This document shows, one piece after another, positions 9,647-24,230 of a stretch of DNA of 64,000 nucleotides. The position numbers were made by a program, and so were the translations under genes. This stretch comes from Candidatus Eiseniibacteriota bacterium (GTDB taxonomy: Bacteria > Eisenbacteria > RBG-16-71-46 > CAZAMP01), in contig OZ245046.1 in the NCBI GenBank assembly GCA_965224245.1, positions 3,456,001 to 3,520,000 of the forward strand, given 5' to 3'. Within the stretch, counting starts at the first letter, position 1; each line of letters opens with the position of its first letter. The notes under the pieces were generated by a model. The model saw only the letters and a program-made list of their open reading frames with translations, had not been told where the DNA came from and did no database searches.

Positions 9647-9666
9647 TATGCAATTTTTCTTGCATA
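9647..9666. promoter_or_regulatory. Palindromic operator TATGCAA-N6-TTGCATA
   Basis: Perfect 7-6-7 inverted repeat in an AT-rich patch, 37 bp upstream of the HTH-M29 start codon. Confidence 0.7.
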
Positions 9667-10832
9667 ACTCCTCAAAACAAAGACGGCGGCGGACGGCCCG
9701 CCTCCGAGGGTCCGATCATCGGGCCTGCGCGCCCCGCGCGCAATCGCGGGTTCCCCGAACCGGCCGCGCGGGCGGGCCACCTCTCGTTCGAGAGTGGGTC
9801 CCCGGACCGCGCTGATACCCGGAGCCGGGCATTTTCCTCGGACCGCGCGCGCCCCGACGGGGCCGGCTCGGTCAGGTGCTCCAGCTCTGCAGGAGCTCCA
9901 TGTAGTTCCCGCGCTCGTACGCGCCCGGATCCGGGGAGCGGCTCAGGTTCATGCTCCCCTGCATCTGCCGCAGCGACTCGTACTCGTGCGCCTCGAGCCA
10001 CGTCGTGAGCTCGGACTTGACCGCGCTCAGGTGATCGGGCCCCCGACGCAGCAACGACGACACCATCTGGACCGCGTGCGCCCCGCACATGATCGACTTG
10101 ACGACGTCGGCGCTGGAGTGGACGCCCCCGGTGATCGCCAGTGAGAGCTCGGTCTGCTCCGAGAGAATGGCCAGCCAGCGAAGTCGCAGGAGCAGCTCGT
10201 CGGACGTGCTGAGTCGTAGCGATCGCGTGACCGTCAGCTCCTCGATGTCGAGGTCGGGCTGGTAGAAGCGATTGAAGACGACGAGCCCCGCGGCGCCGGC
10301 GCGGAACAGCTCCCGCGAGAGGTGCGGCAGCGCGGTGAAGAACGGCGAGATCTTCACCGCGATGGGAATGTGAATCTGCGCGCTCGTCGCGTGCACCATC
10401 TGCACCAGCCGGCGCTCGATGCTCGCGGCGTCCTCGGCGGGATCGGTGGCCAGGAAGTACACGTTCAGCTCGAGCGCGTCGGCTCCGGCCTCGGCGAGCT
10501 GCTTGGCGAAGCGCAGCCATCCCCCCATGCTGGTGCCGTTGAGCGAGGCGATCACCGGGACGTCCACCGCGTCCTTCACCCGGCGCAGGTGCGCGAGGTA
10601 CTCGTCGATGCCCATCGCGAACGTGGGCGTGGACGGGAAGAAGCTCATCGCCTCGGCGAAACCCTCGCTGTGGCTGTCGAGGTGGGCGAGCGCGCCGAGC
10701 TGGTCGGCCACGATCTGCTCCTCGAACAGCGACCGCAACACGATGGCGCCCGCGCCGGCGTCCTCGAGCGCCCGCACCGAGTCCAGCTCGTCGGCCAGCG
10801 GGGACGCGCCGGGCATCAGCGGGTTTTCGAGC

Positions 10833-14507
<3,675 letters not shown>

Positions 14508-14690
14508 GACGATGTCCCAGGCGAGAGGTTCGGGGTCGAGGGCGGGCACCTCGGAGGGCTGTATGTTGGAGGTCCGTGTCCCAAGGGGGGCTCGGATCCG
14601 AGATGCCCGCAGCGTTCGCACCGGACAAGACTCGGTGATCGAGTCCCCCGGAACCATAAGGGGTTTCCGTAGCGGAAGTTGCGAGAACCG

Positions 14691-15884
14691 CTATGCGGGA
14701 TTCGGCGTACCGTTCGCGTGCCCCGATCGGGCTGCGTCCCGGGCGTTTTCGGGGATCGCGGAGGCGATGACGGCGCCCCCGACGACACGATCGCCGTCGT
14801 AGAAGGCCGCGGACTGACCCGGCGTCACCGAATCTCCGGGCGAATCGAAGCGGAACGCGACGCGACCATCCGACCGGAGTTCGAGCGTGCCCGGAGCGCC
14901 GGCGTGGCGATATCGGATCTTCGCGCTCACCCGTAGCGGCTCAGACGGTGGCTCGCACGAGACCCAGTTCACGTCGCGACCGACGAACCCCGCGGACGCC
15001 AGCGCATCGCGCGGCCCGACCGTGACCACGTTGTCCGAGGCGTCGAGGCCGACCACGTACAGCGGCTCGTCGTGCGAGATGCCGAGACCGCGGCGCTGGC
15101 CGATGGTGTAGTGCGCGACGCCCCGGTGCTCCCCGAGCGTCGACCCGTCGACGTGCCGGATCGAACCCGCGCGAAGGGCCACCGGCCGTGCGGCCGACCG
15201 CCCCGTACGCTCCCCGGCGCGAAGCTCGACGAAGCGCGCGTAGTCGCCGTCGGGCACGAAGCAGATGTCCTGGCTGTCGATCTTCTCCGCCACGGGAATG
15301 CCACCGCGACGCGCGTGCGCCCGGATCTCGTCCTTGGTGTACGCACCGATCGGAAGCATGGTGTGGCGGAGCACGTCGCGCTCGACCGACCAGAGCGCGT
15401 ACGACTGGTCCTTGTCGGGGTCCACGCCGCGCCGGAGCTCGACACCGTCCGGCGTCTCAAAGAGACGCGCGTAGTGCCCCGTGGCCACGCGGTCGGCCCC
15501 CGCCGCCCGCGCCTTCTCGAGCAGCGCGCCGAACTTCACGTGCTGGTTGCAGAGCACGCACGGGTTCGGGGTCCGCCCGGCGAGGTACTCGTCGACGAAC
15601 CGGTCCACCACCCGCTCGGTGAAGCGATCCTCGAAGTCCAGCACGTAGTGGCGGATGCCGAGCACGTCGCACGTGGCGCGGGCATCCTCGATCGCCGACA
15701 GCGAGCAGCAGCTGCGGGGGCCGGCGTCGCGGTCCCCGTAGCACCAGAGCTTGAGCGTCACACCGAAGACGTCGTGGCCCGCCTCCACCAGGAGCTGCGC
15801 GGCGACCGCGGAATCCACGCCGCCGCTCATCGCCACCGCGACGCGTCCGGACCGGGCGGATCGACTCGGGGTGCTCGGGCTCAC
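14691..15884 (-). CDS. mnmA: tRNA 2-thiouridylase MnmA
   Basis: AMSGGVDS, SCCS, TPNPCVLCN, ATGHYAR, KDQSY, DSQDIC, YTIGQRRGL, TPGQ. GTG start overlaps the iscS stop (GTGA). Confidence 0.96.
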   Translation of the reverse strand: MSPSTPSRSARSGRVAVAMSGGVDSAVAAQLLVEAGHDVFGVTLKLWCYGDRDAGPRSCCSLSAIEDARATCDVLGIRHYVLDFEDRFTERVVDRFVDEYLAGRTPNPCVLCNQHVKFGALLEKARAAGADRVATGHYARLFETPDGVELRRGVDPDKDQSYALWSVERDVLRHTMLPIGAYTKDEIRAHARRGGIPVAEKIDSQDICFVPDGDYARFVELRAGERTGRSAARPVALRAGSIRHVDGSTLGEHRGVAHYTIGQRRGLGISHDEPLYVVGLDASDNVVTVGPRDALASAGFVGRDVNWVSCEPPSEPLRVSAKIRYRHAGAPGTLELRSDGRVAFRFDSPGDSVTPGQSAAFYDGDRVVGGAVIASAIPENARDAARSGHANGTPNPA

Positions 15885-17035
15885 GGCGTATCCTCGCGTC
15901 GGCGCGCGATCGCGCCCAGTCGGGTCGCGATCGCCAGCGCCTCGTCTCGGGTGTTCTGGCGACCGAAGCTCACCCGGATCGCCGACCGAGCGAGCGCCGG
16001 ATCGACGCCCATCGCCGCCAGCACGTGCGATGGCTCGAGGGCGCCGGTCGTGCACGCCGCCCCACTCGACACCGCGACGTCGGCCAGGTCGAGCGCGATC
16101 AGGGTCGCCGCGGCGTCGGTGTCCGGGATGAGCACCGCGCTCGTTCCGGGCACGCGCGGCGCCCCGCCGCCCGCCACGACGAGGCCGGGGCATGCATCGC
16201 GAACCGCCTCCTCGAATGCCCGGGTGAGGTCTGCGAGTCGAGAAGCATACGTGGCCTGCTCGGTCGCAGCCAGCTCGCACGCCACGCCCAGCCCCACGGC
16301 CGCCGCGACGTCGGGCGTGCCGCCGCGACGGCCCGCCTCCTGTCCGCCCCCCACGACGAGCGGCGTCAACGGAGCGCCCCGGCGCGCGACCAGGGCCCCG
16401 ATCCCCCGGGGTCCGTAAATCTTGTGCCCCGACAGCGACAGATAGTCGACGCCGGTGGACCCCACGTCCACCGGCATCCGGCCCAGCGCCTGCACGGCGT
16501 CGGTGTGTGCGCGCGCCCCCGCCGCGTGCGCGATCCGGACCACCTCGGCCACGTCCTGGACGACTCCGGTCTCGTTGTTGGCGGTCATGACCGAGACGAG
16601 GACCGTATCGGGCGTCACGAGCCGGTCGAGCGCCCCGAGATCCACGCGTCCCTCGGGATCCACCGGCGCGTGCGTGCCACGCCAGCCGGATCGGGCCAGC
16701 ACGTCGACGGCCGCGAGCACGGCGTGGTGCTCCACGCTCGAGGCCACGACGTGTCGCCGGCCCTCGTCCGCGCGCTCGTCCGCGGCGCCCAGCGCGCCGC
16801 CGAGGACGGCCAGGTTGTCGGATTCGGTCCCGCCGGACGTGAAGATCACGTCGCGGGGCTCCGCGCCCACCGCCGATGCCACCCGGCGCCGGGCCACCTC
16901 CAGGAGCCGGCGCGCGTCCTGTCCGAGCCGGTGAAGGCTCGCGGGGTTACCCGCTCCGGCGACCGCGGCCGAGGCGACGGCCTCGCGCACCTCGTCGCGC
17001 ACCGGCGTGGTGGCGTTGTGATCGGCGTAGATCAT
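15881..17035 (-). CDS. iscS: Cysteine desulfurase (IscS/NifS family)
   Basis: IYADHNATTP, FTSGGTESDN, NNETG, HTDAVQ, SGHKIYGP, SSGAACT, IRVSFG. Confidence 0.93.
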   Translation of the reverse strand: MIYADHNATTPVRDEVREAVASAAVAGAGNPASLHRLGQDARRLLEVARRRVASAVGAEPRDVIFTSGGTESDNLAVLGGALGAADERADEGRRHVVASSVEHHAVLAAVDVLARSGWRGTHAPVDPEGRVDLGALDRLVTPDTVLVSVMTANNETGVVQDVAEVVRIAHAAGARAHTDAVQALGRMPVDVGSTGVDYLSLSGHKIYGPRGIGALVARRGAPLTPLVVGGGQEAGRRGGTPDVAAAVGLGVACELAATEQATYASRLADLTRAFEEAVRDACPGLVVAGGGAPRVPGTSAVLIPDTDAAATLIALDLADVAVSSGAACTTGALEPSHVLAAMGVDPALARSAIRVSFGRQNTRDEALAIATRLGAIARRREDTP

Positions 17036-17075
17036 CGTGGTCGCTCCGGCTGAGGTCGGGAGCGCCCGAGGACGC

Positions 17076-17690
17076 TCAGGACCCGACGTCGGCCGGGTCG
17101 ATCACCCGGAGCGTCATCGGCACCGGGCTCTCCGGATGCCCGGCCACGTCCGCGGGCTCGCTCGCGATCAGATCGGCGATCTCGTATCCACGCACGACGC
17201 GGGCGAACTGGGTGTACATGCCGTCCAGGTGCGCCGCGCGCCCGAGCGTGATGAAGAACTGACAGCTCGCGCCATCGAGGCGGTAGTCGCGGGCCATGCC
17301 GACCGAGCCGCGCGTGAACGGGCGCCCTGACGGCTCGAGCGGGAGCCGCGCGTCCTCGATCCCCCCGTAGCCGTCGTTGGCCGGGTCCTCGTCACGCGAG
17401 TTGGGATCGCCCCCCTGCAGGACGAAGCCGCTCAGCGTGCGGTGGAACGTCGTGCCGTCGTAGAAGCCCTGCCGCACGAGCTCGAGGAAGCGCTCCACGT
17501 GACGCGGTGCGAGATCGGGCATCATCTCGATCACGATCGATCCCGGCGGCGTGTCGATCGAGACGCGCGTGCCGGACACGGGGGGGTCGGGGTGACCGGG
17601 GATCTCGTCCGGCGCGGGCTGGGGCTGCGGCGCAGCCGTCGCCACCCATCCGAGCACCATCGCCGTCATGAGGGCGGCGACGGTGCTCAC
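17076..17690 (-). CDS. Exported cyclophilin-type peptidyl-prolyl isomerase
   Basis: APRHVERF...GFYDGTTFHR...FVLQGGDP, RGSVGMAR, QFFI, LDGMYTQF; N-terminal hydrophobic signal. Start (GTG 17690) uncertain. Confidence 0.9.
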   Translation of the reverse strand: MSTVAALMTAMVLGWVATAAPQPQPAPDEIPGHPDPPVSGTRVSIDTPPGSIVIEMMPDLAPRHVERFLELVRQGFYDGTTFHRTLSGFVLQGGDPNSRDEDPANDGYGGIEDARLPLEPSGRPFTRGSVGMARDYRLDGASCQFFITLGRAAHLDGMYTQFARVVRGYEIADLIASEPADVAGHPESPVPMTLRVIDPADVGS

Positions 17691-17719
17691 ATGGGCTACG
17701 CGGCCGCATCCGACGCACC

Positions 17720-18931
17720 TCACTGCTGCGAGGCGACCTTGCGGGCGCGGGCGGCCTTGATGCGGTCGTCCATCCGGCCGACCTCCTCGGTACAGTATCC
17801 GACGTATCGCTTCCACTTGTCCGTGCAGGGATTGGCGACCACGCTCTCGAACTCGGCCTTGGCGCTCATGTACTTCTGGGCCGCACCGTCGAAGTTGCCG
17901 GCCTTCTCCATCTCGATTCCCTGGCCTTCCAGGCCCTTGCCGAGCGCGGCCTTGGCGCCGCAGTTGGCGGGCTCGATCTCCAGCGCGCGCTGGGCCGCCG
18001 TGACGCACTTGGTGTAGTCCTGTGCATCCTTGTAGATGAAGGCCAGCGAGATCCACAGGCCGACGTCGTCGGCGTACTGCTCGTGCTCGACCACCTTCTC
18101 CATGACGGCCGTCGCCTCGTCGAACTGCTTGATCGCCTTCAGGTAGTTCGCGTAGCGCCACATGTCGCTGGCCCGTCTGGCCGTGTACTCGATGCCCTCG
18201 GTGCCGTCGGGCGGCCACAGGAGCTCGAACATGCGCTGGTACACGGGCAGGCACCGGCTGTAAACCTTTGCCATGCCATAGGTTCGAGCCACGAACGACA
18301 TCGAGACCTCGTCGTCGGGGTCGCGCAGCAGGAGGCGTTCGGCGACCGTGAGCCGCGGCAGCCGCATCCTCGGCACCTGTGCCATGTAGCTGTTGAGCTC
18401 GCTGATGAGCCGCAGAGAGTCGGGGCGGATCTCGAAGGCCTGGGCCGACGCCATGATCGCGTCCGGATTCTGGTCGACCGAGTACGCCGCCCGCGCGAGC
18501 TGTCCCCAGTAGTTGATGTCGTCGGGGTTCTCGCGAATGAGCTCCTTGTAGACGTTGATCCCCTCGTCGAACTGCTCGGAGCGGACCAGCGCGTTGGCCA
18601 GGAGCTCACGGATGCCGAGGTTGGCGGGGTCCCGCTCGTTGCCGGCCTTGAGCGTCTTCACGGCGTCCGCATACTGCTGCATCTTGGTCTCGCAGCGGCC
18701 CTTGTAGAAGTAGCCCTCCACGAAGTCGGGGCAGGCTTCGACGACCGTGGTGAACAGCTCGAGCGCGTCGGGCACCTGCTGGCTGCGCCAGTACTCCACA
18801 CCCGCGCGGAAGTCGCGATTGCACTTCTCCTCGATGTCGAACGACTCGTCCTGCGCCATGGCGCCCGACCCGAGAAGCGCCACCAGCGCGACGACCCCCG
18901 TCCCCACCCGCTTGCTCTGGCACCAACCCAT
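17720..18931 (-). CDS. Exported tetratricopeptide-repeat protein
   Basis: Signal peptide (MGWCQSKRVGTGVVALVALLGSGAMA) followed by TPR-like repeats (PDFVEGYFYKGRC...YADA; ALEIEPANCGAKAALG). Confidence 0.8.
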   Translation of the reverse strand: MGWCQSKRVGTGVVALVALLGSGAMAQDESFDIEEKCNRDFRAGVEYWRSQQVPDALELFTTVVEACPDFVEGYFYKGRCETKMQQYADAVKTLKAGNERDPANLGIRELLANALVRSEQFDEGINVYKELIRENPDDINYWGQLARAAYSVDQNPDAIMASAQAFEIRPDSLRLISELNSYMAQVPRMRLPRLTVAERLLLRDPDDEVSMSFVARTYGMAKVYSRCLPVYQRMFELLWPPDGTEGIEYTARRASDMWRYANYLKAIKQFDEATAVMEKVVEHEQYADDVGLWISLAFIYKDAQDYTKCVTAAQRALEIEPANCGAKAALGKGLEGQGIEMEKAGNFDGAAQKYMSAKAEFESVVANPCTDKWKRYVGYCTEEVGRMDDRIKAARARKVASQQ

Positions 18932-18966
18932 CACCACACTCCTTTCACGCTCGCACGAGCCGCTCG

Positions 18967-19617
18967 CTACGAACGACGAGAGAGGATCGTCTCGACCACG
19001 CCGATGTTCTCCTCGGCGGCCTCGGCCGCGTCGGTGCCCGGAGCCAGCTCGATGACCTTCTGCCACTTCCGGATGGCCTCGCGGTAGATGCCCGCGTCCG
19101 CGAACGCGACCGCGATCTGATAGTAGGCCTCGTAGGACGTCGGATCGAGCTCGAGCGCTCGGCGGAACTCGGTCATCGCGTCGTAGTAGTTCCCGGTGCT
19201 GTAGAACGCGCTCCCGAGGTTCACGTGGGCGCGCGTGTCGTCCGGACGCACCTCGAGCGCCTCGCGCAGGTACTCGATGGCCCTGGGCGTCTCACCCTGC
19301 TCGTTGAGGAGGGCCCCGAGGTTGACCAGGACCTCGACGTAATCCGGCTTCAGGCTGAGCGCGGCCTCGTACGACGCGACCGCGTCCGCGCGCCGCGAGA
19401 GCTCACTGTAGACGTTGCCGAGCTCGAAGTAGTACGTGGGATCGTCCGCCCGGTCGGCACTCTGCGCCTGGAGCTGCTCGAGCTCGGCGGTCAGATCGTC
19501 GACCTTCTTCAGGGCCTCGGTCACGGCATCCTCGCTCTGGGCGAGCACCGATCCGGGGATGGCGAGCGCCGTCAGGAGCGCGGCGGTGAGTCCGATGGCG
19601 ATCGAGCGTGTCTTCAT
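18967..19617 (-). CDS. Exported tetratricopeptide-repeat protein
   Basis: Signal peptide MKTRSIAIGL...VLA; canonical TPRs (YYFELGNVY...A..YE.AL.L.P, repeated). RBS GGAGG. Confidence 0.9.
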   Translation of the reverse strand: MKTRSIAIGLTAALLTALAIPGSVLAQSEDAVTEALKKVDDLTAELEQLQAQSADRADDPTYYFELGNVYSELSRRADAVASYEAALSLKPDYVEVLVNLGALLNEQGETPRAIEYLREALEVRPDDTRAHVNLGSAFYSTGNYYDAMTEFRRALELDPTSYEAYYQIAVAFADAGIYREAIRKWQKVIELAPGTDAAEAAEENIGVVETILSRRS

Positions 19618-19764
19618 GTTCGGTTCTTCCTCCGGACGACGGGAGACCACGAGTTGATCGGCTGAGAACTGTAACAGCTCGGGCCGCGTCGTTTCCCGGG
19701 ATTCTGCCGCTCCCGCGATCTCATCCGGCGAGCCCGACGACCCGCGGGACCGCCCGGGCCGCCG

Positions 19765-20487
19765 TCAGGCGCCGATCAGCCGGGGCAGGATGGCGCCCGC
19801 CTTTCCCCCGAGGTGGATCGCGACGTGCTCGGTCAGAGGCGTCGGGACCGGGTTGACCTCGATCACCTCGGCACCGGTACCGAGCGCCAGCTCGGGCAGC
19901 GCCGCCGCCGGATAGACGAGGCTCGACGTTCCCACCACCAGCACGACATCGCTCTGGACGGTGACCTCTTCGGCCCGTCTCAGCGCCTCCCCCGGAAGGG
20001 CCTCTCCAAACCAAACCACCGCGGGTCGGATCAGTTCCCCGCACGAGCACCGCCCCGGGGGGCCGGTGCGGGTCGGCATGTCGCCGCCCCCATTGACACA
20101 ACTCAAGTCGCTACAACGAGTTTTGAGGATCGAACCGTGCAGCTCGATCACGTCGTCCGACCCCGCGCGCTGGTGCAGACCATCGACGTTCTGGGTCACC
20201 ACGACGACCCGCTTCCGGCGGCCCAGGGCCGCGATCGCGGTGTGCCCGTCGTGGGGCGAGGCGTCGCGCACCAGGCCGGCGCGCCACTGGTACCACTCCC
20301 ACACGCGCTCGGGATGGCTGGCGAACGCCTGGGGACTGGCCAGCTCCTCGGCCCGGAATCCCCGCCAGAGCCCGTCAGGGCCGCGAAACGTGGGGACGCC
20401 GCTCTCGGCCGACATCCCGGCTCCGGTGATCACGACCACCCGCTCGGCGATCTCGAGCATGCCCCGGACCGCGGCCAGCTGGTTCAT
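19765..20487 (-). CDS. cobB: NAD-dependent protein deacylase (class III sirtuin)
   Basis: TGAGMSAESGVPTFRG, WEWYQWR, TQNVDGLH, LHGS, Zn-binding Cys pairs, RPAVVWFGE, VGTSSLVYPAA, EVNP. Confidence 0.95.
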   Translation of the reverse strand: MNQLAAVRGMLEIAERVVVITGAGMSAESGVPTFRGPDGLWRGFRAEELASPQAFASHPERVWEWYQWRAGLVRDASPHDGHTAIAALGRRKRVVVVTQNVDGLHQRAGSDDVIELHGSILKTRCSDLSCVNGGGDMPTRTGPPGRCSCGELIRPAVVWFGEALPGEALRRAEEVTVQSDVVLVVGTSSLVYPAAALPELALGTGAEVIEVNPVPTPLTEHVAIHLGGKAGAILPRLIGA

Positions 20488-21395
20488 TCCCGTCCTCCGG
20501 CCGGCAGGTCCGGCGTACCCGGCGCGGTGTCTCCGCCGCCGACCCTCAGGTTGTGGAGCCCCATCACGATCAGCTGGAGGATGCCCGCCACGAACAGCGC
20601 GCCCAGCCCGAGGAAGAGCACGTGCAGCACGTCGTCGTTCTCGTCGATCAGCCCACCCCCGACCAGCGCGAGGAGGACGAGGTTGATCCCCGTCATCACC
20701 AGCCCCGACGAGCGCCCGTAGGCCGTGGGCTGGATCGCCACCCGCCCGTTTCGGAGATACAGGATCGTCACCCCGCCGAACAAGAGGACATACCGCGCCG
20801 CCACGAGACCCATCAGCCACCCCGGGATCCAGCCGCTCGCGTAGAAGCCGGAGTAGATCGCCACGATGTAGCCGACGTCGACGAGGGGATCCAGGATGAG
20901 CCCCAGCCGCGTCCCCATCGACCAGCGTCGCGCGATGAAGCCGTCCAGCACGTCCGAGAGCCCCGCGACGGCATACGCGAGCGTGGCCAGCACCAGATAC
21001 CCCTCCACGATGAACAGGTGGATCGCCGGGATCAGGAGGAGCCGGAACACGCTGAGCTGGTTCGGCAGCCCGATCCGCGATCGGGGCTGGCCGTCCGCGT
21101 CGCGCAGGAGCCCCAGATGCGCGAGCAGCCATACCGTGCCGGCCAGCACCCAGACGCTCTGGTGGAGGATGAAGCGGATCGCGACGCCGCCCTCGACGCG
21201 AAACGCCAGGCCCAGCGCGCCGGCCAGGAACAGGGCGTGGAAGCCGAGAGCGTTCACGAGCACCGATCGGACGGCGTCGGGGTTCGCCTCGGCCCGGCGC
21301 CTGGCCAGGCCGATGCACCGCCCGACGTACTCGGCGAACGCCGGGGGCGTGTATCTTCGGCGCCTCAGCACCTTCAGATACGGCTCTACGAACAT
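20484..21395 (-). CDS. CDP-alcohol phosphatidyltransferase with extra N-terminal TM helices
   Basis: LPNQLSVFR, SDVLDGFIARRW...TRLGLILDPLVD (DxxDGxxAR...GxxxDxxxD). Confidence 0.88.
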   Translation of the reverse strand: MFVEPYLKVLRRRRYTPPAFAEYVGRCIGLARRRAEANPDAVRSVLVNALGFHALFLAGALGLAFRVEGGVAIRFILHQSVWVLAGTVWLLAHLGLLRDADGQPRSRIGLPNQLSVFRLLLIPAIHLFIVEGYLVLATLAYAVAGLSDVLDGFIARRWSMGTRLGLILDPLVDVGYIVAIYSGFYASGWIPGWLMGLVAARYVLLFGGVTILYLRNGRVAIQPTAYGRSSGLVMTGINLVLLALVGGGLIDENDDVLHVLFLGLGALFVAGILQLIVMGLHNLRVGGGDTAPGTPDLPAGGRE

Positions 21396-21447
21396 CCATC
21401 GCCCCTGCGGGGGCGGCCGGGGTACGGCCGCCCGGATGGGGCCCGAG

Positions 21448-24168
21448 CTACGCGTCGAGCACGGCGCGGGCCGCCGCGAGCCGCGCCACCGGGACGCGGA
21501 ACGGTGAGCACGACACGTAGTCCAGGCCGAGCGAGTGGCAGAACACCACCGATCTCGGATCGCCTCCGTGCTCACCGCAGATGCCCAGCTTGATGCCCGG
21601 ATCGGCGGCCCGTCCCTTCTCGACCGCGATCCCGACCAGCGCGCCGACACCCTCGGCGTCGATGCTGACGAACGGATCCTCGTCGAGGATGCGCTTAGTG
21701 ACATAGTCGGGAAGGAACTTGCCGGCGTCGTCGCGACTCAGGCCAAACGTGGTCTGCGTCAGATCGTTCGTGCCGAACGAGAAGAAGTCGGCGTGCTCGG
21801 CCACGCGATCGGCGGTCAGTGCCGCGCGGGGCAGCTCGATCATCGTGCCGATGAGATAGGGAATCTCGAGGCCGCTCTCGCCGATGACCTCCGCGGCCAC
21901 GCGCTCCACGACCGCGCGCTGGAGCGCGAGCTCGTTGGCGTGGGACACCAGCGGAATCATGACCTCGGGATGGACCGGGATCCCCTCCCTGGCGACGTTC
22001 ACGGCCGCCTCGAAGATCGCGCGAGCCTGCATCTCGGTGATCTCCGGGTACTGGATGCCCAGCCGGCAGCCGCGGTGCCCGAGCATCGGGTTGGCCTCGG
22101 AGAGGTTCGCCACGAGGTCCTGGATCTCTTGAACCGAGATGCCCATGGAGTCGGCCACGCCGGTCAGCTCGGCCTCGCCGTGGGGCAGGAACTCGTGAAG
22201 CGGCGGATCCAGCGTCCGGATCGTGACCGGGCGACCCTCCATCGCGCGGAAGATCCCGATGAAATCCTCTCGCTGCATCGGAAGGAGCTTGGCCAGCGCC
22301 TCGCGCCGACCCTCCGCGTCCTTCGCGAGAATCATGCGCCGCACCTGGAGAATGCGATCGGCGTCGAAGAACATGTGCTCGGTGCGACACAGACCGATCC
22401 CCTCGGCCCCGAACGCGACCGCGTGGGCGGCGTCCTCGGGGGTGTCGGCGTTCGTACGCACGCGGAGCCGTCTCGCCTCGTCGGCCCAGCTCATCAGGCG
22501 GGCGTACTGCTGGTACACGGGAGCCTCGTCCGGCGCCAGCGACTTCTCGATCAGCACCTGGAGGATCTCCGACGGGCGGGTCGTGAGCGCCCCGACGATG
22601 ACCTCGCCGGTGAGCCCGTCGATCGAGATCGAGTCGCCCTCACGGAGGACTCGCCCGCCGACCTTGATCTCGGCCGCGGCGTAGTCGATCGCGAGCGCGC
22701 CACAGCCGACGACGCAGGGCTTACCCATGCCACGGGCGACGACGGCCGCGTGCGACGTCATGCCGCCACGCGCGGTCAGGACGCCCTCGGCGACGTGCAT
22801 GCCGTGGATGTCCTCGGGACTGGTCTCGACGCGCACCAGGACCACCGGCTCGCCGCGCCGCGCCCACTCGACCGCGTGGTCGGCGGTGAAGACGATCTTC
22901 CCGGTGGCCGCGCCGGGCCCGGCGTTGAGTCCGGTGGCCACCACGCGCTCCTCGGCGATCGCGCGCCGCTTCTCGTCCGCGTCGAAGATCGGGCTCAGGA
23001 GCTGCACGATCTGCTCGGGCTGGACGCGCCGGATGGCCGTCGTCGAGTCGATGAGCCCCTCGTCCACCATGTCCGTGGCGATGCGGAGCGCGGCGAATCC
23101 GGTGCGCTTGCCCGATCGCGTCTGGAGCATCCAGAGCTTGTCACGCTCGACGGTGAACTCGATGTCCTGCATGTCCTGATAGTGTGCCTCGAGCCGCCGC
23201 CGGATGTCGTCGAGCTGGCGATACGCCTCGGGCATCGCCTCTTCGAGGGGACGCTCGGGGTTCGAGCCGGCGCCCGCGCGGTTGATCGGGGCCGGCGTAC
23301 GGATGCCGGCGACGACGTCCTCGCCCTGCGCGTTGATCAGGTACTCACCGTAGAAGACGTTCTCCCCGGACGACGGGTCGCGCGAGAACGCGACCCCGGT
23401 CGCGCAGTCGTCCCCCAGGTTGCCGAAGACCATGGCCTGCACGTTGACGGCGGTCCCCCAGTCTCCGGGGATACGATGGATGCGGCGATACTCGCGGGCC
23501 CGTGGGATCTCCCAGGACTTGAACACCGCGCCGATCCCGCCCCAGAGCTGCTCCATCGGATCGTCGGGGAAGTCGCGTCCGGTGTGCTCGCGGATCGCGG
23601 CCTTGAACCGGGGAATCAGCGACTCCCAGTCCTCGGCGGTGAGCTCGTTGTCGCGCTCCACGCCCCGGCGCTCCTTGGTCGCGTGCAGGAGCCCCTCCAT
23701 CACGTCGCCGTCCACACCCATGACCACGTTGCCGTACATCTGGAGCAAGCGCCGATACGAGTCGAACGCGAAGCGACGATCACCGGAGTCCTCGATGAGT
23801 CCGGGCAGCGTGGCCTCGCAGAGACCGAGGTTGAGCACGGTGTCCATCATGCCCGGCATGGAATCGCGCGCGCCCGAGCGCACCGACACCAGGAGCGGGC
23901 GCTCACGGTCGCCGAACTTGCGTCCGACGATGGTCTCGATGTGCCGCAGGCCGGCCTCGACCTCGGCGCGGAGCTCGGCCGGGTAGGAGCCGTCGTGCGC
24001 GTGGTAGTACGTGCAGACGTTCGTGGCGATCGTGAACCCCGGAGGCACCGGAAGGCCGATGCGGCTCATCTCGGCGAGATTGGCCCCTTTGCCGCCCAGG
24101 ACGTCCCGCATCTTGGCGTGGCCGTCGGCCGATCCGCCGCCAAAGTGGTACACGTGTCGTGATGTCAT
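21448..24168 (-). CDS. ppdK: Pyruvate phosphate dikinase
   Basis: [70 protein letters not shown]. Confidence 0.98.
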   Translation of the reverse strand: MTSRHVYHFGGGSADGHAKMRDVLGGKGANLAEMSRIGLPVPPGFTIATNVCTYYHAHDGSYPAELRAEVEAGLRHIETIVGRKFGDRERPLLVSVRSGARDSMPGMMDTVLNLGLCEATLPGLIEDSGDRRFAFDSYRRLLQMYGNVVMGVDGDVMEGLLHATKERRGVERDNELTAEDWESLIPRFKAAIREHTGRDFPDDPMEQLWGGIGAVFKSWEIPRAREYRRIHRIPGDWGTAVNVQAMVFGNLGDDCATGVAFSRDPSSGENVFYGEYLINAQGEDVVAGIRTPAPINRAGAGSNPERPLEEAMPEAYRQLDDIRRRLEAHYQDMQDIEFTVERDKLWMLQTRSGKRTGFAALRIATDMVDEGLIDSTTAIRRVQPEQIVQLLSPIFDADEKRRAIAEERVVATGLNAGPGAATGKIVFTADHAVEWARRGEPVVLVRVETSPEDIHGMHVAEGVLTARGGMTSHAAVVARGMGKPCVVGCGALAIDYAAAEIKVGGRVLREGDSISIDGLTGEVIVGALTTRPSEILQVLIEKSLAPDEAPVYQQYARLMSWADEARRLRVRTNADTPEDAAHAVAFGAEGIGLCRTEHMFFDADRILQVRRMILAKDAEGRREALAKLLPMQREDFIGIFRAMEGRPVTIRTLDPPLHEFLPHGEAELTGVADSMGISVQEIQDLVANLSEANPMLGHRGCRLGIQYPEITEMQARAIFEAAVNVAREGIPVHPEVMIPLVSHANELALQRAVVERVAAEVIGESGLEIPYLIGTMIELPRAALTADRVAEHADFFSFGTNDLTQTTFGLSRDDAGKFLPDYVTKRILDEDPFVSIDAEGVGALVGIAVEKGRAADPGIKLGICGEHGGDPRSVVFCHSLGLDYVSCSPFRVPVARLAAARAVLDA

Positions 24169-24230
24169 CGATGTCCTCGCTGTGGTCGGTGGTCGCGGAC
24201 GTCACGGCGCCGAGAGCGCCGGAGGGCTCC

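Noticed and set aside
19765-20487. Sir2-type anti-phage defence gene
   Set aside because: It is an ordinary short class III CobB in a housekeeping operon, with no defence partners.
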